Assembly: GCA_049999805.1 (NCBI GenBank)
Contig: JBNGIO010006141.1
Coordinates: 151,057 to 215,056, forward strand
Length of the DNA stretch: 64,000 nucleotides
DNA from: Folioceros fuciformis
Taxonomy: Eukaryota
Direction: 5' to 3'
Below the pieces are notes generated by a model, which saw only the letters and a list, made by a program, of their open reading frames with translations, was not told the DNA's origin and did no database searches. Made by a program: the position numbers and the translations under genes. Each line of letters begins with the position of its first letter. The stretch's first letter is position 1. Shown one piece after another: positions 59,930 to 64,000 of the stretch.

Positions 59930-62644
59930 ATGGTTGGATCCTTGTCGATTCCCAGCAGGAGCCATCTGATTCTGGACCCCTTGGGCTGCAGTGATGCTGC
60001 CGTCATCTGTAAAGGCCGGACACGGGTGCCCATCAACAGCAGGCCCGAGGATGTCCTACTCTGCATGGATCAAAGGGGTGGTGTGCCCTCGGTCCAGGAA
60101 TACAAGAGGCTGTTGCAGCAGTGTATCCAGGACGAATCTTTGTCTGGAGCCAGGCGCGTGCGCGCTCACCTGGCAAGGAACGGGCTGGAGCTGCACAGAT
60201 GTTTGGGGGAGTATGTGGTGAACGCCCTGGCCAAATGCGGCAGTATGGTCGAGGCTGTGCAGCTTTTCCACCGGTTGTCACGTCCAAGTACGTTCTGCTG
60301 GACAGCACTCATTTCAGGCTACACCAGAGCCGGCCAAGCTGAGGAGGCCGTGCGGCTGTTCCGCCAGATGCAGGAGAAAGGCGTGCAGCCTAGCAAGTTC
60401 ACGTTCGTCAGCTTGCTCAAGGCTTGCGGAAGCCTGGAAGACCTTGATGAAGGCCACCGTGTTCATGCCCACGTTTTGAGATGCCGTTGTGAGACTGATT
60501 TGTATGTGGCAACGGCTTTGGTTGATATGTATGCCAAATGTGGAAGCATGGCCGATGCTCGCTGTGTCTTTGACACTCTGGCCGAGCCTGATGTGGTGGC
60601 ATGGACGGCGATGATTGCAGGATATGCCCAGCAACAGGAAGGACACCTCGCTCTGCAGCTTTACGCCCAGATGCAGGAGGTCGGCGTGCCACCGGATACC
60701 TGGACTTTGGTGAGTGTGCTCAAGGCATGCAGTAGCATTGCTGATACAGAAGAAAATGTGTCTGCAGCATTTGTAGAGGGGCAGGGGCAATTCATCAAAC
60801 CGAACACTCTGCGCAAGTGCAGGGCAATTCATGCTCAAATTGTGCACCTAGGCTATGAGGCCCATGAGTACATCGCGAGCTCTCTGGTGAGTGTGTATTC
60901 CAAGTGCGGGAATTTGACAGATGCGCAGGCAGTGTTTGACAAACTGTCCCGCCGAACTGTAGTCTCATGGAATGCCATGCTTGCAGCATATGTCCAGCAG
61001 GAGCAATGTGAGAAAGCGATACAACTGTACACCCAAATGCAGCAGCAGGTTGGAGCCGGAACAGGAGCAGGAGCCCCACCTCCAGAAATGAGGACTCTCG
61101 TAAGTGTGCTCAAAGCATGTGGCAGCCTTGCTGCCTTGGAGGCCAGTTTGGTCATTGGTGGGCAAGATATAAAAGTGAGGTCGCTGCAAAAGGGCAGGGC
61201 CCTGCATGCTGAGGTTGCTCGCTGGGGTTACGGGTCAGATGTATTCGTGGGGAGCACTCTTGTCAGTATGTATGCGAAGTGTGGGAGCATCCGGGATGCC
61301 CAGCTTGTGTTTGACACATTAGCTGTACGCAATGTGGTGTCATGGAATGCCCTGCTGGAAGCCTACGCCCAGCAGGAGAAAGGAGAGATGGCTTTACAAG
61401 TATATGGCCAAATGCTGGAAGCTGGCATCGCACCAGATGCGTGGACCTTTGCCAGCGCCCTGAAAGCTTGTGGTGGCCTTGCAGGCTTGGAGGAAGGCGT
61501 GCAGGTAGATGGGCGCTGCATAAAGGTGGAGACGCTGCAGAAGGGCAAATTGATACACGATCAAGTGGGTGGGCATGGGTGTAAGTCGGATCTGATTGTG
61601 TGCAATGCTCTGCTGAGCATGTATGCGAAGTGTGGGAGCCTGGTTGATGCGCAGAATGTGTTTGATGTCTTGCAGGAGCGTGATGTGGTGTCATGGAGCT
61701 GCATAATTACAGGATATGCGCAGCAAGAAGACAGCAGTGACAGGGCCTTGCAACTGTATGCAGGCATGCGGCACGCAGGCTTTCGAGCAGATGAAGCTAC
61801 TTTTTTAGGTGTTCTAAGAGCTTGTGGCAACACAGGAGCCCTGGACAAGTGTGGTGAGGCCCACAGAGATGTTGTGGACAGCGGACTTGACGGGAATTTG
61901 TGTGTGGCCAACTCTCTGATTCATGCGTATGGCAAATGTGGGAGCATGGTGGATGCCCAGGCTGTGTTTAACACACTGCTCGAGCCCAGTGTGGTGTCGT
62001 GGAGCGCTTTGATTGCTGGATATGCCCGGCAAGGGAACTGTGAGATGAGCTATCGAAGTTTTGAGGACATGGTACGAGCAGGCATGATGCCTGATGGGGC
62101 TACATTTCTTTCACTACTGTCTGCATGCAGTCATGCGGGCCTGGTGGACAAAGGCCTGGAGTACTTCGAATCCATGAGCAGAGATCACGGTGTGAGGCCA
62201 GCCAGTGAGCATTACGCTTGCTTGGTGGACCTGGTGGGCCGAGGAGGACTGTTGAGCAAGGCGGAGAGTGTCATTATGGACATGCCCATGGAACCTAGCC
62301 TGTCCTTGTGGATGTCGTTGCTTGGAGCCTGCCGGAATCATGGGAATATTATGCTGGGGAGACGGGCCTTTGATAGGGCAGTGGCGATAGCGCCGACACA
62401 TGGTTCAGCATATTTGCTGATGTCAAACATGTATGCTCATGCTGGCTTGTGGTCGTGCGTGCTGGAAATTGAAGAGTTGCGGCAGCGAGCAGGTGCGTGG
62501 AGGAAGCTTGGGCAGAGCTGGCTGGAGCACAATCAGGAGGTCCATTCATTTGTGGCAGGAGGAGAGGATGGCACACAAGAAAGCAGTGATGTACACAGAC
62601 TGGTGGACGAGCTGACATGGAAGCTGAAGCAAGGTCAACTGTGA
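59930..62644 (+). CDS. PLS-class PPR, E+ type (PG-box-like RKLGQSWLE, no deaminase), with elongated L motifs
   Basis: 904-aa intronless ORF with PLS triplets, E1/E2, WRKLGQSWLEHNQEVHSFVAG and a stop before any HxE/CxxC. Confidence 0.93.
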   Translation: MVGSLSIPSRSHLILDPLGCSDAAVICKGRTRVPINSRPEDVLLCMDQRGGVPSVQEYKRLLQQCIQDESLSGARRVRAHLARNGLELHRCLGEYVVNALAKCGSMVEAVQLFHRLSRPSTFCWTALISGYTRAGQAEEAVRLFRQMQEKGVQPSKFTFVSLLKACGSLEDLDEGHRVHAHVLRCRCETDLYVATALVDMYAKCGSMADARCVFDTLAEPDVVAWTAMIAGYAQQQEGHLALQLYAQMQEVGVPPDTWTLVSVLKACSSIADTEENVSAAFVEGQGQFIKPNTLRKCRAIHAQIVHLGYEAHEYIASSLVSVYSKCGNLTDAQAVFDKLSRRTVVSWNAMLAAYVQQEQCEKAIQLYTQMQQQVGAGTGAGAPPPEMRTLVSVLKACGSLAALEASLVIGGQDIKVRSLQKGRALHAEVARWGYGSDVFVGSTLVSMYAKCGSIRDAQLVFDTLAVRNVVSWNALLEAYAQQEKGEMALQVYGQMLEAGIAPDAWTFASALKACGGLAGLEEGVQVDGRCIKVETLQKGKLIHDQVGGHGCKSDLIVCNALLSMYAKCGSLVDAQNVFDVLQERDVVSWSCIITGYAQQEDSSDRALQLYAGMRHAGFRADEATFLGVLRACGNTGALDKCGEAHRDVVDSGLDGNLCVANSLIHAYGKCGSMVDAQAVFNTLLEPSVVSWSALIAGYARQGNCEMSYRSFEDMVRAGMMPDGATFLSLLSACSHAGLVDKGLEYFESMSRDHGVRPASEHYACLVDLVGRGGLLSKAESVIMDMPMEPSLSLWMSLLGACRNHGNIMLGRRAFDRAVAIAPTHGSAYLLMSNMYAHAGLWSCVLEIEELRQRAGAWRKLGQSWLEHNQEVHSFVAGGEDGTQESSDVHRLVDELTWKLKQGQL

Positions 62645-63669
62645 GGGATGGAGGCTCGAGGAATCGGGTGGTGGGAATCTATGGCAAAGCAATACATCCC
62701 ATCATTCTACTTGATAAGCTTGGATAAGCTTGACGCAGATGGGGTTGTGCGCCATGAGAGGGAGCCGATGTAGAGTGGTGATCAAGCTTCCACCTTCTCA
62801 ACACAATATGAACAGCACACTAAGCTTTTATTGGCAAAGAGACCAACAGCTGATGAGCAGGAAAACAGGAGGGCAGATCGTATAGATGGCAAAAATCCAC
62901 AAGATCAGGATGCCGTGATAACTGGTTCGTATCTGTGGTGGCCATTGATCGGAGCGTGCTGCATAGACGTTCACACGGAAGCGAGTGAATGTAGGCTGCT
63001 GTAGGGTCATTCCAGGGCAGGCATCCACGGAGCCCTTCTCCCTTTACAGTGCCACGCAAGGCGCTCAGAGTCGCTGCATCCGTTCTGTATCTCCTGCTGG
63101 CATGTGCAATTTGGAAGGCATCTCACCTCATGTCCTCCGGGGTAAAATGCTGTTAGGATGCGACATCCTTGTAGTGTCGATATCCCTTGGACCACACTTT
63201 GTGAAACAGACTCTGAGACTGCGAGAAGTTATCAAACACTTGGCTTGCATGCTCAAATCCAAACTAGTATGCAAAACTTCAGGTTGTAAACACATCTTGT
63301 CCTTGTTGCTGGATCTGCCCAGGTTCTCCTCCCCCCGCGCGCGGGATGCTTGGATAGGCAGAAGGCGCAACACTGCACATGTACATAAGAAATGAATCGT
63401 GCCTTTGACGATCACAGGCCGGACACTCTTGTTACCAACACAGACGTCTCCATCACCGACGAGTCAATCTTGCTAAATAGTATTTCTGCCATCTCCTTGC
63501 GGCGAACTGCAGGAATGGCACGTCGTGGAATGGCTGAGTTCTACAATCTCACGCATCCGGGACAGAAGGTGTGCATGAAGACCATGCCTCGCGGCTGATG
63601 TGAGTGGACAGACGATGAGGAGTAATCCTGCCGCGGCCTGGAAAGTTCCTTGAGAGCGGGGCCTGTAGC

Positions 63670-64000
63670 ATGGCCATACTGTGGCAACCGGATCCCTTGT
63701 GGACCCAACAAGGTGGTGAGTGTGCAAGGCATCTACGAGAAGCTCCCGATCACCTCACCTTATGGAGCCAACGCCTGGGAAACATTCAATCCTGCAGGTA
63801 CAGCAGTGCACAGAACCCAGCACCTCCACTAGCTCCCAGAAAATTTGTGGGTGGGGAAGGATTTTCCAGACATAGTCCTCGCCAGGAGCAGGAGCGCTTG
63901 TGGCATCAATTTTTTCTGGATCCTACCATGTGGTGGGACAACAGGCGAGACAAGAAGAGCTCCCGTTCCCCTGACTTCCGGCGGAAGGGGCCAAGCGGCG
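63670..64000 (+). CDS. Partial ORF with an OSB-type PDF motif (runs off the window; possibly another PDF-PPR or an OSB)
   Basis: Translated by hand: MAILWQPDPLW...RQEQERLWHQFFLDPTMWWDNRRDKKSSRSPDFRRKGPSG. The frame is open to the end of the window and is absent from the ORF track. Confidence 0.75.
   Translation, partial: MAILWQPDPLWTQQGGECARHLREAPDHLTLWSQRLGNIQSCRYSSAQNPAPPLAPRKFVGGEGFSRHSPRQEQERLWHQFFLDPTMWWDNRRDKKSSRSPDFRRKGPSG

Noticed and set aside
62820-63600. Possible further PPR or other gene relic
   Set aside because: Only vague fragments in mixed frames, which I could not assign.

Overview
Eukaryotic nuclear DNA from a gene-dense, short-intron seed-free land plant. A hornwort is my best inference, based on intronless PLS-class PPR genes with KP-type and WW-type C-termini. 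The left half (1-31 kb) holds mostly housekeeping genes: a CHCH/twin-Cx9C gene, a U1 snRNA gene, a DExH7/DHX29-like helicase, a UBE2W-like E2, serine acetyltransferase, a LIN/CERBERUS-like U-box/WD40 ligase, a CRE-like non-LTR relic beside a telomere-derived array, and RPF2. The right half (31-64 kb) is a cluster of organellar RNA-editing PPR genes: three intact DYW:KP genes (the class linked to U-to-C editing), one duplicated stand-alone DYW:KP module, two E+-type genes and two decaying copies. It is interrupted by a dead Ty3/gypsy element and a SERK receptor-kinase gene. The most striking observation is a PLS-PPR protein with an N-terminal OSB-type 'PDF' ssDNA-binding motif (48651-52151). 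A second PDF-motif ORF starts at the right edge of the window. Exon boundaries were read by eye and all family assignments come from motif recognition, not database searches.
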